A stretch of 64,000 bases of DNA from Spirochaetia bacterium (GCA_965198005.1 CBDAOI010000003.1:416001-480000); one strand, 5' to 3'; numbered from the stretch's first letter, positions 11,401 through 22,093 are shown. Numbers and translations are program-made. The notes: generated from the sequence alone by a model not told the origin.

Positions 11401-11643
11401 ACCACGCGCTGGTACCTCTACGACCTCGACCGCGAAACCACCGTCGAGGAGCCGGGCGAGATCGTCGCGAGCATCCGCGCGAAGCCCGAGACGCCCCGGC
11501 GGTGCACGACGGAGGAGAAGACGCTCCTCGACATCCGCAAGCGGATCGAGAAGCACATCAGGAACACCTACCTGAAGCGCGTGGACGCCCCCGTCGGCGT
11601 CAAGCCGCGGCTGCGCTGCTGGATGGAGCTGAACGAGGGCTGA
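8479..11643 (+). CDS. PLD-nuclease-domain SNF2/SF2 helicase (restriction-associated)
   Basis: N-terminal PLD-like FHAKAY...VGSSNFT...NIELN; DGVGLGKT, DEAHH, LTATPINN, LIFTEFADT, STDVLSEGLNLQ, WNPVRLMQRIGRVDR. Confidence 0.9.
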   Translation: MNGSVMTVDSKGRELFIVDNSVSGWTGLRYLEEWSSIANAFDIATGYFEIGALLTLDGRWQGLDKIRILMGADTTHRTRKAILEAVRAQALDRLDESIEEDKEPNPFLHGVPAILDALRSGQIECRVYDKDKFHAKAYITHAKLEVVGAQALVGSSNFTRPGLTKNIELNVQVQSAREVAQLQEWFETHWNEANKVTEAVFDTISRHTHRYSPFDVYTKALQQFFRGHELTATEWDETRSRMFSHLDRYQKEAYWALMKIARQHGGAFLCDGVGLGKTFVGLMLIERLILHEGKRVALFAPKATKEGVWEPHLRRWLPHIGGVGGGADFSNLAVFSHTDLGRKGTSRMRFRRIAELADVVVIDEAHHFRNPGRRGDPDRGIEPSRYYRLFELLDNAERPKTVFMLTATPINNRLSDFRHMTELFTRRDEAYFARTIGVNNLRAHFNQMEKMLRSRVGHDEADAAEHMTEAQEILFTDAFFRQLVVQRSRDYARESQIREYGKAAAFPERRDPQVAAYSIRKTYGGMLKLFEKAFAKQSPLFTLPMYYPLHWYSGPDKDIDPFEENRQRQVVGLIRTNFLKRFESSVAAFEISCDRLLQKLLAFLEVHSESDAQRKRLDRWKAQNADVLGYAVERQLELWGEEGKEADDEDVVPQEMLDAVERLDRAEYDVEEMMAETFLDLDQIVQFLDEARKFEPKHDDKLRKLIRLVTSKALADQKLLIFTEFADTARYLKRHLDETGVEGVEQVDSATKKNRSDVIQGFAPYYNGLSSPELAEQGREQIRVLISTDVLSEGLNLQDASRMINYDIHWNPVRLMQRIGRVDRRMSPAIEQRLVADHPEATTARGKVWFWNFLPPDELNEVLSLYTKVTQKTLLISKTLGIEGRKLLTPEDDYDALKEFHHAYEGTRTAVEDMHLEYQALLQVDPELEARLARFPGAIFSGRKRPARGVRGVFFCYALPALDKEKNEFTEEAGTTRWYLYDLDRETTVEEPGEIVASIRAKPETPRRCTTEEKTLLDIRKRIEKHIRNTYLKRVDAPVGVKPRLRCWMELNEG

Positions 11644-11646
11644 CCG

Positions 11647-14600
11647 ATGCCGACCGACCACCGCGAGCGCCTCGCCGGCATCCGCCGCTTCGACCAGTTG
11701 GTCGCGTACCTGCGCGACGAGCTCGGCTGGCCGATCGACTCGGACGACTTCGAGGAGCTGACCTTCGAGTACACCCCGGCGGAGCTCGGGATCGACGCGA
11801 AGAACGCAGCCAAGATCCAGGAAATCAAGCGCCTGCGCCCGCTCGTGCCGAGCCAGCCCTGGGGCATCTTCTTCGTCAAGTTCGAGCCGAAACGTCTGCC
11901 CGTGGTGGCGCTGCGCCGCATCCTCGGCCAAGTGGCGCTCAAGAAGCGCGCCTCGGCGAACGATTCCGAGCGCCAAGCCTGGGCCGCCGATGACCTGCTC
12001 TTCGTGTCCAACTACGGTGAGGGGGAGGAGCGCCGCATTGCCTTCGCGCACTTCTCGAAGCCCCAGGACGGCCACGACCTGCCCACGCTCAAGGTGCTCG
12101 GCTGGGACAACCTCGACACGCCGCTCCACCTTGATGCCGTGGCCAGCGAGCTGGCCGACTACCTCACCTGGCCCGACGACGAGGACGATCCCGACGCTTG
12201 GCGCGAGCGCTGGCGCGGCGCGTTCAAGCTGCGTCACCGTGAGGTCATCACCACCTCGAAGCAGCTCTCCGAGCGCCTCGCCGAGCTGGCCCGCGCGATC
12301 CGCGACCGCACCCGAACGGCGCTGGCCATCGAGACCGAGAAGGGCCCGCTCACCAGGCTGATGAAGGCGTTCCAGACCGCGCTCGTCCACGACCTGGAAG
12401 AGGCCGGCTTCGCCGACATGTACGCCCAGACCATCACCTACGGCCTGCTCTCGGCCCGCATCACCGACCCCGCGCGGCGCACTGCCGACGACTTCGCCGC
12501 CCACGTGCGGACCAACCCGTTCCTGAAGGAGCTGATGCAGACCTTCCTGCGCGTGGGCGGACGCCGCGGCAAGGCCGGTGGCCCGGGCATCGACTTCGAC
12601 GAGCTGGGCGCCTCCGAGGTGGTGGAGCTGCTCGACCAGGCCAACATGGAGGCAGTGGTCCGCGACTTCGGCGACAGCAACCCCCAGGAAGATCCGGTCA
12701 TTCACTTCTACGAGCACTTCCTTGCCGCCTACGACAAGAACCAGAAGGTGAAGCGGGGCGTCTTCTACACCCCGCGCCCCGTGGTCTCCTACATCGTGCG
12801 CTCGGTGGACGAGCTACTGCGCACGGAGTTTGGCCTCACCGAGGGGCTCGCCGACACCACCACCTGGGGCGAGATGGTGAAGCGCCACAAGGAACTGAAG
12901 ATTCCGGAGGGCACTCCGCCCGGGCAGGCCTTCGTCCAGATCCTCGACCCGGCCACCGGCACCGGCACCTTCCTCGTCGAAGTGATCGATCTCATCCACA
13001 AGACGATGGCTGCGAAGTGGAAATGGCAGGGCCACACCGGCGACAAGATTCAGACACTCTGGAACGAGTACGTTCCGAAGCACCTCCTGCCACGCCTGTA
13101 CGGCTACGAGCTCTTGATGGCGCCCTATGCCATCGCGCATCTCAAGATCGGCCTCAAGCTCTATGAGACCGGCTACCGCTTCGAAAGCGACGAGCGGGCA
13201 CAGGTGTACCTCACGAATGCGCTGGAGCCAGCGGGAGGCGAGCAGCTCATGCTCGACCTACTGCCTGCGCTGGCGCACGAGGCCAAGGCGGTCAACGAGA
13301 TTAAGCGGAAGCAACAGTTCACGGTGGTGATCGGAAATCCACCATATTCGCTGATGTCGGCGAATCTAGAGCCACAGCACCGAAGCCTCGTTGATCCATA
13401 CCGCTTCGTGGACGGCGCAAAGGTCAAAGAGCGCGGCGCGCTTCAACTCGAAAAGAACCTTCAGGAGGACTACGTCAAGTTCATTCGGCTTGCTGAACTA
13501 GTAATTCGAGCAGCGGGTGAAGGCATTGTCGGGCTGATAACCAATCACGCCTATCTCGATAATCCGACTTTGCGCGGCCTTCGTCGATCGCTAACAAACA
13601 CATTGCCCAACCTGTGGCTTCTCGATCTTCACGGAAACACGAGACGGAAGGAAAGGTGCCCACTCCCCGAACCGGATAGAAACGTCTTTGACATTCAGCA
13701 AGGAGTCGCGATCCTTATCGGCGAGAGGCGTTCCAGCGCGTCTCAGATAGGTATCAATTGGGGCGAACTGTGGGGCTCGCGCGAAGCGAAGTACGACGCC
13801 TTGCTTTCGAGCCTCTACTCAAAGCTATCAGCTCCCATGGAGGACCCCGTCCCCCCAATCTTCATGTGGATCCCGCAAGACGGTAATGTCCGCGATGAGC
13901 TGCTAGCGATTGGCGTGTCCCTCGACGAGTTGTTCGAACTGTATTCGACCGGTGTGGCGACCGCGCGCGATCGGTTCATCGTTCACTTCTCGTGTGCGGA
14001 GCTTCATGAAGCTGTGACGGAGTTTGTTAGTTTGCCCATCGAAGATGCGCGGCAGCGCTTCGTGCTTGGGAAGGACACGAACGATTGGAAGGTCGCGCTG
14101 GCGCAAAAGGACCTTCGCCGAGTCTCTTCAGATACCTCGTGCGAGAAAGAGTACGCCTACCGCCCCTTTGATCTCCGTTGGACCTTCTACACCGGACAGC
14201 CAAGAGGCGTCCTTTGCAACCCTAGATGGCCGGTGATGAGCCAACTTCTTGCCGGACGTAACCTCGCCCTCTGTACCGTCAAGTCGGTGGAAACAGGGCA
14301 TGACTATGCCCATGTATTCGTGACCAATCGTGTGACGGACCATCACTGCGTTTCGATGAAGGAAGTGAACTACATGTTTCCTGCGTTCCGTTTTTCAGGA
14401 GCCGATGCAGCAATCGGCATCCAACGCAGTATGTTCAGCGGCTGTCAGGAAAATGTGGAAGGCAACATCAGCGCTCGTTTTTGGTCAGTTCTTGAAGAAA
14501 AGCTCGGCGGCGAGTTCACGGCCGAGTTACAGAAATCTGGGATCGGTGGGACCGAGGTTGTATTCGGCTACGTCTACGCAGTGCTGCACTCCCCTAGTTA

Positions 14601-15663
14601 CCGGGCGCGATACGGCGATCTGTTGAGGAGAGAGTTCGCTCGGATACCAGTTCCTACTAGTGATTCCGCGCTCTTCTACCAACTCGCGGCGTTCGGCAAA
14701 GAACTGGTCTCAATCCACCTTCCCAGGCTACCCGACGCAGATGGCGTCATCAGCACCTATGCCGGTCCGAAGAACCCCAAAGTCGACCGCGTCGGCTGGT
14801 CGGACGGCACCGTGTGGCTCGACGCGGGCAAAACCAACGCCCGCGAGCGCCACCGCGCGACGAAGCCCGGCACGATAGGTATAAAGGGCGTGCCCGAGCA
14901 GGTCTGGGACTTCCACATCGGCGGCTATCAGGTATGCCACAAGTGGCTCAAGGACCGGAAGGACCGCACACTCTCGGATGAGGACATCGCCCACTACCAG
15001 AAGATCGTCGTCGCCCTGAACGAAACCATCCGCATCATGGCCGAGATCGACGAGGTCATTGAAGCCCACGGCGGCTGGCCCGACGCATTCCAGACCGGCT
15101 CGGAGGCGGATGCGGCATCGGAGGGGACGGTGAATGTGGTCCCGTTCAGGCCGCCCACGGTCGAGCCCGCGCCCGAGGACCGCTACGTAACGTGCGTGCC
15201 GCTCGTCCCGCTTAGGGCGGCCGCCGGCGCCTTTAGCGATTCCCAGTACATCGAAGACGACGATTGCGAGTGGGTCGAAGTCGCCTCGCGCCATCGTCTG
15301 CGCAAGGGCATGTTCGTCGCCCAGGTCGTTGGCAAGTCCATGGAGCCCGCGATTCGCGACGGCTCCTGGTGCCTCTTCCGAGCTCCTGTCGAGGGCACGC
15401 GCCGGGGCAGAATCGTCCTCGTCCAGCTTCGCGACGCCACCGATCCCGAGACCGGTCAGCGCTACACGGTCAAGCGCTACAAGAGCGACAAGGCGGAGGA
15501 TGGCGACTCATGGCGCCACGTGAAGATCGCCCTTGAGCCGATCAACCCGGACTTCGAGCCGATCGTGCTCACCGGCGCGGACGAAGGCGAGCTCCAAGTA
15601 GTCGCAGAGCTGGTCGAGGTTCTGGAACGCAGGGCTTTTTCGGCGGAGACTAACTCCCGATGA
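11647..15663 (+). CDS. N6-adenine DNA methyltransferase with type ISP-like specificity domain and C-terminal S24 (LexA-type) peptidase domain
   Basis: [63 protein letters not shown]; tail PLRAAAG...VVGKSMEP...YTVKRY. Confidence 0.88.
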   Translation: MPTDHRERLAGIRRFDQLVAYLRDELGWPIDSDDFEELTFEYTPAELGIDAKNAAKIQEIKRLRPLVPSQPWGIFFVKFEPKRLPVVALRRILGQVALKKRASANDSERQAWAADDLLFVSNYGEGEERRIAFAHFSKPQDGHDLPTLKVLGWDNLDTPLHLDAVASELADYLTWPDDEDDPDAWRERWRGAFKLRHREVITTSKQLSERLAELARAIRDRTRTALAIETEKGPLTRLMKAFQTALVHDLEEAGFADMYAQTITYGLLSARITDPARRTADDFAAHVRTNPFLKELMQTFLRVGGRRGKAGGPGIDFDELGASEVVELLDQANMEAVVRDFGDSNPQEDPVIHFYEHFLAAYDKNQKVKRGVFYTPRPVVSYIVRSVDELLRTEFGLTEGLADTTTWGEMVKRHKELKIPEGTPPGQAFVQILDPATGTGTFLVEVIDLIHKTMAAKWKWQGHTGDKIQTLWNEYVPKHLLPRLYGYELLMAPYAIAHLKIGLKLYETGYRFESDERAQVYLTNALEPAGGEQLMLDLLPALAHEAKAVNEIKRKQQFTVVIGNPPYSLMSANLEPQHRSLVDPYRFVDGAKVKERGALQLEKNLQEDYVKFIRLAELVIRAAGEGIVGLITNHAYLDNPTLRGLRRSLTNTLPNLWLLDLHGNTRRKERCPLPEPDRNVFDIQQGVAILIGERRSSASQIGINWGELWGSREAKYDALLSSLYSKLSAPMEDPVPPIFMWIPQDGNVRDELLAIGVSLDELFELYSTGVATARDRFIVHFSCAELHEAVTEFVSLPIEDARQRFVLGKDTNDWKVALAQKDLRRVSSDTSCEKEYAYRPFDLRWTFYTGQPRGVLCNPRWPVMSQLLAGRNLALCTVKSVETGHDYAHVFVTNRVTDHHCVSMKEVNYMFPAFRFSGADAAIGIQRSMFSGCQENVEGNISARFWSVLEEKLGGEFTAELQKSGIGGTEVVFGYVYAVLHSPSYRARYGDLLRREFARIPVPTSDSALFYQLAAFGKELVSIHLPRLPDADGVISTYAGPKNPKVDRVGWSDGTVWLDAGKTNARERHRATKPGTIGIKGVPEQVWDFHIGGYQVCHKWLKDRKDRTLSDEDIAHYQKIVVALNETIRIMAEIDEVIEAHGGWPDAFQTGSEADAASEGTVNVVPFRPPTVEPAPEDRYVTCVPLVPLRAAAGAFSDSQYIEDDDCEWVEVASRHRLRKGMFVAQVVGKSMEPAIRDGSWCLFRAPVEGTRRGRIVLVQLRDATDPETGQRYTVKRYKSDKAEDGDSWRHVKIALEPINPDFEPIVLTGADEGELQVVAELVEVLERRAFSAETNSR

Positions 15664-16139
15664 AGCTACTCGCTCTCTCGATACGCGGCTTCCGCGGCGT
15701 ACAGGAGGCCGACTTGCATTTCGGCCAGCACGATGTGCTGGTGGGTCCCAACGGCGCGGGCAAGAGCACGATCATCGACGCCCTGTCGCTCGTCTTCGGC
15801 CGCACCCGCCTTGTGTTACGCCATGTCCTGCCCAATATTGTGGCGACTGTCATCATCATCTTCAGCATCAACATCGGGGGGGTGATTATTTCCGAGGCCT
15901 CCCTGAGCTTCCTCGGATTCGGTCTGCCGGCCCAGATTCCCAGCTGGGGAGGGATGCTCAGCCGGGGAGGACGTGAGTACATGGAGATGGCGCCCTGGCT
16001 GGCGCTCTTTCCCGGTCTTGCCCTGACGATTACCGTCTACTCCTTCAAGATGTTTGGCAACGCCCTCAGGGACCTGCTCGACCCACGGCTGCGGGGTGGC
16101 GGTGGTGGTCTCGGTGCCGGAGCCGCCAGGTCGGCTTGA
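15660..16139 (+). pseudogene. chimeric ORF: N-terminus of an OLD/ABC-type ATP-dependent nuclease fused in frame to the C-terminus of a DppC-type ABC permease
   Basis: LSIRGFRG...LVGPNGAGKSTIIDAL to about 15815, then LRHVLPNI...SEASLSFLGFG...LRDLLDPRLRG, paralogous to 17205-18122. Confidence 0.8.
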
Positions 16140-16632
16140 GAGAGCCCGCCTGGGGGCCACGCGCCTGCGTGCGGGGCTGTGCACCCCACCCAGCAAGGCA
16201 AGGTGCGACGGGTCGGCCCCAGATGTCTTCCCGCTCGATCACCCCGGCGCCGGCCTCCTTCGGCTTCGCCACCGCTACGCCACCCGCTGCGTGCGCGGCC
16301 GACCGGCAACCCGCGGTCACACCGGATGAACGGTGACCTCCACCCGATGGCGCCCTTCCTGCCGCCACGGGTGGCATGTAGCTCCCGGCCCGCGACAGGG
16401 ACGTCGTGGGCCCGGGAGCGGTTGTTGCTGTTTTCCAGAGGCGCGCCCGGGAACGCGGCCGACCAGCTCGACGAGCGCCGGGCTGGGTATGGGCGTGACC
16501 TGGCCGGTCAGCCCGAAGCAGTGCACGTGGCGTTCGAGTTGGAGCCGAGTCGCCGCTGTGGACCGAGGGCTGGGTAACCACGACTGCACGCGAAGGGTGG
16601 GACAGGAAACTTTGATGTCGGCGGCCGCCGGC

Positions 16633-16719
16633 TGCATCCGCATCAACGATCAGTGGCGGATCTGCTTCCGGTGGAACCGGGGCGACGCGTTCGATGTGGA
16701 GATCACGGACTATCATTAA
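16633..16719 (+). pseudogene. higB: HigB/RelE-type toxin C-terminal remnant
   Basis: IRINDQWRICFRW...DVEITDYH* directly upstream of higA; N-terminus missing. Confidence 0.8.
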
Positions 16720-16729
16720 GGAGCGAGAC

Positions 16730-17071
16730 ATGGCAAGGAAGGCCCACCCCCCGATTCACCCTGGCGAGATCCTGCTACAGGAGTTTCTGGAGCCGATGGA
16801 ACTCAGCCAGTATCGGCTTGCGAAGGACATCAGCGTTCCCCCTCGGCGGATCAACGAGATCGTGCATGGCAAACGGGCGATCTCGGCTGATACAGCGCTC
16901 CGGCTTGCGCGCTATTTTGGCACGACCGAGCGCTTCTGGCTTAACCTGCAAACGCGCTACGTGCTCGAGGTGGAGAAAGGACGACTGAAGGGACGTCTCA
17001 GTAAGGAAGTGATGGTACTGCGAGAGGCGCCACCGACAGCACAGGCGCATTCCGGAAGCGGAACTTCCTGA
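16730..17071 (+). CDS. higA: HigA family antitoxin
   Basis: PIHPGEILLQEFLEPMELSQYRLAKDISVPPRRINEIVHGKRAISADTALRLARYFGT...FWLNLQ; AGGAG RBS. Confidence 0.92.
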   Translation: MARKAHPPIHPGEILLQEFLEPMELSQYRLAKDISVPPRRINEIVHGKRAISADTALRLARYFGTTERFWLNLQTRYVLEVEKGRLKGRLSKEVMVLREAPPTAQAHSGSGTS

Positions 17072-17204
17072 ACACCTGACGTGCAAGACGGACTACGCGC
17101 GACGGCCCACGTCACGACAAGGGGCCTTCGCGCTCGCAGTTTCCTTGAAACTGTCTCGATAGCCAAAAGAAGAGGTTCATTTACAGGGAGCGAAGGCGAC
17201 CCCC

Positions 17205-18122
17205 TTAATAGGCACCCATACGCCCGACGCCGCCCTTCAGCCTCGGATCAAGCAGGTCTCTCACGGCGTCGCCGAACATGTTTAGACTGAAGACTGTAAT
17301 AGTCAGCGCAAGGCCGGGCCAGAGAGCCAGCCACGGGGCCATCTCCATATACTGACGTCCTTCCCGGCTGAGCAAGCCTCCCCAGCTAGGAACCTCCACT
17401 GGCAATCCAAATCCCAGGAAGCTCAGAGAAGCCTCACTGATAATCACCCCCCCGATGTTGATGCTGAATATGATGATTACGATGGGCATAATATTGGGCA
17501 GGACATGTCGGATAAGTACTCTCCATTTTGAGTTGCCAATAGCATATGCCGCTGAAAAATATATATTCTCTTTAACGCCAATAACGGCGCTTCTGGTTAT
17601 TCTTGAGCCGCCGATGCCTCCTGATATCCCCAGGACCACTATTATCTGTGGCACTCCCCGCCCCACTATAGACATTATGGTCAACAAAAGGAGCAGCCCC
17701 GGGAAAGCCATCCAGGCATCGACAAATCTCTGCATAGTCAGGTCCAATTTACCACCAAGGAATCCGGAAGTGCCGCCTATCAGGAGAGCGACGACAACAT
17801 TGAGAGCGGTCGCGGACAGACCGACAAATATCGAAAGACGAGCACCGTAGATAATGCGGCTCAAGAAGTCTCGCCCCAACTGGTCGGTACCCACCAGATA
17901 CCGGACCGATGAGCCCTTCAGCCTGTCTACCGGGTGTATTTCCCAATATGGATAAGGAGCCAGAACATCGGCAAAGATAGCCACAAGAATCATTAGCAAT
18001 ACGATAATCCCGCAGGCAGTACCCAGTGGCTTCTCCCTCCACAACCTGATGAAGAAATCAGCAAGCGCGTTACGTCTCTTTGGCTCACTTACTGGTGATG
18101 GTATCTCTGTGGCGTTACTCAT
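17205..18122 (-). CDS. peptide/nickel ABC transporter permease (DppC/OppC-like)
   Basis: GTDQLGRDFLSRIIYGARLS, RHVLPNI, EASLSFLGFG, GDAVRDLLDPR. Confidence 0.92.
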   Translation of the reverse strand: MSNATEIPSPVSEPKRRNALADFFIRLWREKPLGTACGIIVLLMILVAIFADVLAPYPYWEIHPVDRLKGSSVRYLVGTDQLGRDFLSRIIYGARLSIFVGLSATALNVVVALLIGGTSGFLGGKLDLTMQRFVDAWMAFPGLLLLLTIMSIVGRGVPQIIVVLGISGGIGGSRITRSAVIGVKENIYFSAAYAIGNSKWRVLIRHVLPNIMPIVIIIFSINIGGVIISEASLSFLGFGLPVEVPSWGGLLSREGRQYMEMAPWLALWPGLALTITVFSLNMFGDAVRDLLDPRLKGGVGRMGAY

Positions 18123-19132
18123 ACTCGTTGTTTCCCCTTATAACGTACCCTGGGGTCTAAATAAGGATAAATCAGGTCGATAAATAGATTGGCCCCCACA
18201 ACCACGGTGGCGAAAAACAGGTTTACTCCGGAGACCACTGGGTAGTCTCTCTCATTGAGTGCATTCACCATGAGACGACCTAGCCCCGGCAGGGCAAATA
18301 AGTTCTCCATGATAACGGAGCCACCTACCAGGATAGGCAACTGCATGCCTATAAGGGTAACTATCGGGATGAAGGCATTTTTGAGGGCGTGTCTCATAAT
18401 AACTACCCTCTCCTTGAGACCCTTGGACCAGGCCGTCCTGATATAGTCCTGCCTGAGCACGTCCAGCATCGCGGTACGCGTCAGCCGCATCGTGCCTGCA
18501 GACATGGCCGTCCCCAGAATCACGCTGGGAATGATGAACATCCCGAGATTCCCCAGCGGATCTTCCGTGAAAGGAACCCACTCCATCGGTGGCGCCCAGC
18601 CCCACCAGATTGACGGGAAGAGCAGGACCATAATTCCCAGCCAGAAGTTAGGCGTTGCCATGCCGATGATGGCTATGGAGCGCCCCACGTAGTCGGCGAC
18701 CGTATCCTGACGAATCGCCGAGTAGATGCCGACTGGCAACGCTATCAACTGCCCGAGTACGAGTGCCATGAGGCCAAGCTCAATGGTTATCGGCAGGCTA
18801 GCTATTATTCTCTCCTCTACCGCAACACCCCAAAACAGTGAGTCGCCAAGGGTGCCCTGGAGGATACCTCTAAAGTGGGACTCACCGGTAATCCAGTCAG
18901 GGGTCGGCAACACTCCTATCCAGCGTCCATACTGCACGTAGGCAGGCACGTCCAATCCCAGCATACGCTCAAAAACTTCACGGTCTATCTCTTGACCTAC
19001 ATCTTGTAACCTTCCTTCTATTATGTCTATTACATCGCCCGGGATGAAGCGGACCAGGAGAAAGACGAGGATGGTCAGTATGAACAGAGTCGGGATTATC
19101 AGAAATAAGCGCCTGATGATATAGGCTCTCAT
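18119..19132 (-). CDS. peptide/nickel ABC transporter permease (DppB/OppB-like)
   Basis: MRAYIIRRL...IPGD, PNFWLG, QDYIRTAWSKGL, RHALKNA, RDYPVV, LDPRVRY. Confidence 0.92.
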   Translation of the reverse strand: MRAYIIRRLFLIIPTLFILTILVFLLVRFIPGDVIDIIEGRLQDVGQEIDREVFERMLGLDVPAYVQYGRWIGVLPTPDWITGESHFRGILQGTLGDSLFWGVAVEERIIASLPITIELGLMALVLGQLIALPVGIYSAIRQDTVADYVGRSIAIIGMATPNFWLGIMVLLFPSIWWGWAPPMEWVPFTEDPLGNLGMFIIPSVILGTAMSAGTMRLTRTAMLDVLRQDYIRTAWSKGLKERVVIMRHALKNAFIPIVTLIGMQLPILVGGSVIMENLFALPGLGRLMVNALNERDYPVVSGVNLFFATVVVGANLFIDLIYPYLDPRVRYKGKQRV

Positions 19133-19142
19133 GTTACACACC

Positions 19143-19402
19143 TCATTGCGATTTCACCCGTTATTGCGCTTTCCGCCGTCATTCCCGCGAAAGCGGGAAT
19201 CCACCTTCCACGTCTTTCCGGCCCCTTCCACTGAAGGGCTTGTCCTGAACGAAGTTGAATGGAGCGGCACTCTATAGGGTGCGAATGACCCCTGCCAAAA
19301 AACTCGCCTCTCACCGTTTTGGGAAGTCCAGGGTTCAAGGATCGCTCGAAAGAACACCTGTAGCCCATCGGAATGACAGCAAGAAAGCACGCCTCGCAAT
19401 GA
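19143..19402. repeat. cluster of REP/RPE-like palindromic elements
   Basis: GTCATTCCCGCGAAAGCGGGAATCC hairpin at 19178-19202; TCATTGCGA (19143) and TCGCAATGA (19394) flank it as inverted repeats. Confidence 0.6.
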
Positions 19403-19479
19403 CATGGTGTATGGGAGCCGGAAAGCCTCAGCCCCCCAGCTCCCTTTTTCCCTGAGCTCAGCTACAAGGGGTGCAACCC

Positions 19480-21373
19480 CTAATAACCCATTGCTGCCTT
19501 CATCTCATTATCAAACCAGAGGCGGCTGAAGACATCCTGAATTTTCCCTGCTCCAAAGCCGCCTTCGCCGTTATAACCCATCAGCCAAGGCCAATGCACG
19601 TTAAAGGCTGGGCCCAAAGGCCCCCATATAATCCAGTGCTGCTCTATACTGCGCATGTCCATCTCTTTAATCAGCCTCACCTGCTCCTCGGCGGTCTCAG
19701 CGGTCAAGGCAGCTTCATACAGGGCATCATATTCAGCGTCGCTGACTCCTCCGCTGTTCCAAGGATGGCCCGAGTAAAACCTAGGGAATTGAGTGAATGG
19801 ATCAGCCTTGACGCCCGAAACTGTTATTATCAAATCAAACTCTCCAGCTCTCACTTTGGCGTTATGTTCTGCAAGGTTAGGTGTCAGAATTTCCACACGA
19901 ACGCCAATCTCACGCCAATATGCAGCCTGCATTTCTGTCCAGCTCAAATCAAACCGCTCGAAGTGCAAGAACGTGGACTTGAATCTAAAGCCGTCGGCGC
20001 CACGAGGATATCCAGCCTCATCAAGCAGTTTCTCGGCACCTTCCGGATCATACGTGTAGTATCCCTTGAGCTCATCGGACCACTCTTCAAATAGGGTTGT
20101 ATAAGCCGTAAATTCCCTGCCTACGAACCCCCTAGGGGTCGTATCTGCCCTACCCTTAAAGTAGGTAGCGTTCATGGTCTCGAGGTCCAGTCCCATCTGC
20201 ATTGCGTGGCGCACCCTGATGTCGTCCCAGGGCGGCGCGCGGAAATTAGGCCAAGCAGAAGCATTCGACCGTTCTGACCACGGGATCACCACGAGTTCGG
20301 GGTTGGTCCGCATGAGGCTCTCTGCCTGGTCTACAGAGTTTATTTGAGAGGCGCCCTGATAACCTACGTAATCGACCTTACCCGCTCGCAGTGCCGCCAG
20401 AATTGTTGACACGTCCGGGGTAACAAGCAGCTTGTACTCGTCAAAATAGGGCAGGCGGTTCTCTGGGTATTTTTCGTCGTAGCCCCAGTAGTTGGGATTC
20501 TTGGTGTAGGTGACAGAGCTGCCCAGGATCCAGTCAGTTATCATAAAGGGACCGGTGCCCACCAGGTTCCTCCAATCGGAAATGTCGCCGTATTGCTCGA
20601 TTACCTCGGGGGGCTGTATAAACATACTGTTGCCGTCCAAGATAAGGTTCAGATACCCCAGAACACGTAATCGACCTTACCCGCTCGCAGTGCCGCCAGA
20701 ATTGTTGACACGTCCGGGGTAACAAGCAGCTTGTACTCGTCAAAATAGGGCAGGCGGTTCTCTGGGTATTTTTCGTCAGCTTCATGACAACCGTATATTT
20801 GTCGGTGGCCTCTATCGATTCCCAAGGCAGTTTTCCGAGCTCACTTGCAAGTGGGGAGGGTTCGGTGAAACCGCTGCCCAGACCCAAGAAACGGTGAAAG
20901 GAATGTTCTACATCCTTGGCAGTTAGCTCCCGACCGTTCATCGGCGCCTTATCCTGCCAGTGAACGCCTTTACGGATATTGAACACATAAGTTGTGCCGT
21001 CGGTTTGTTCCCAACTTTCCGCCAGCGCCCCCTTCAGGGCGAATAGAGGCGCCATGTAGCCGCCAACAAAAGGATATATGTCCCTATCTATGGCCCAGTC
21101 TATCGTGCCAAGTTTCTCTACAACGGGACTGGTCATCATTGCAGCTCTACCGTGTATATAGTTGTCAGAATAGCCATAATCGGCCTTCCTGGCATAGTGC
21201 ATTGTCCCACCATATTCTGGCGCAGTGTACACCTTGCCGGTGACGGGGTCGGTTACATACTTCTTGTCAGCGGCGGTCGCGTCTTCCTCTGCGCCAGCGG
21301 CCCAGAGGCCGGTCGCGGTCACAACCAGGACCAACGCTACTGCGAAGGTCATTCTAATTCTTACAATATTCAT
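19480..21373 (-). pseudogene. ABC transporter family-5 substrate-binding protein, frameshifted by an internal 113-bp duplicated segment
   Basis: Signal peptide, GALAESWEQ...FNIRKGVHW, VGTGPF, IRVRHAMQMGLD, YDPEGAEKLLDEAGYP; 20665-20777 duplicates 20366-20478. Confidence 0.85.
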
Positions 21374-21969
21374 ACGTTTCTCCGTATGTAGATTTTTCGA
21401 GAGTATTGCGTAGCGGAGTGCCGCTCCCTGGCTACTCTCATGCCCGCAACCGCGGGCGCGCCCGCCAACGCGGACGGCCAGTCTGAGTCAATTTGTGAAG
21501 CGCGCGGCGTGTGACTCATCCGGGTTCACCCCGGCTCACGCCGCGCGCCTACGGCTCTTTGAGTATCATTTTGCACCCCCTTTTTTGAGCTATTGGGTGC
21601 TCTGACAGGACCGTGGCTCGGCGATCGGGCGAGCCGCTGCCGCGGCTAGCGCGCATCTGTCGTCGACAACTCTGGTCGGGCACAGATGTGTCGGTTGTCT
21701 GTATAGAGGTGCCGGCAACGCCGGCTGGTGTGGACCGGTGGAGTTTGCGGCCGACCGGGTCGGCCGTTGGACGCACAGATGCGTGGCGGCTGTGCGCCAC
21801 ACGCATCAATGGTGCAGCGCTCAGCACCGGCGCCGCGCGAACGGCTGTCGCGCGGTTAGGTGAGCGGTGAGCGGTGAGCGGTGAGCCCACCGGCTGCGTC
21901 ACCGACCCGCGACTGCGCTGGCTGTCATCATGGCGCTTCATCGGCATCCGTCGAAACCCCAAGCGAGGC

Positions 21970-21999
21970 ACGCTAGCATAGGCGCGGCGCGCCTGTCAA
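21970..21999 (-). promoter_or_regulatory. sigma70-type promoter in repeat unit 1
   Basis: Minus strand TTGACA-N18-TAGCGT with TGn extension. Confidence 0.55.
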
Positions 22000-22093
22000 C
22001 GACTCGGAGGTGACCGAACGTCACCGCCGACCGGCGACTGCGCTGACTGTCATCATGGCGCTTCATCGGCATCCGTCGAACCCCAGGCGAGGC

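Noticed and set aside
8479-15663. DISARM or BREX assignment
   Set aside because: No DrmA/DrmB (DUF1998) or PglZ/BrxC genes in the window
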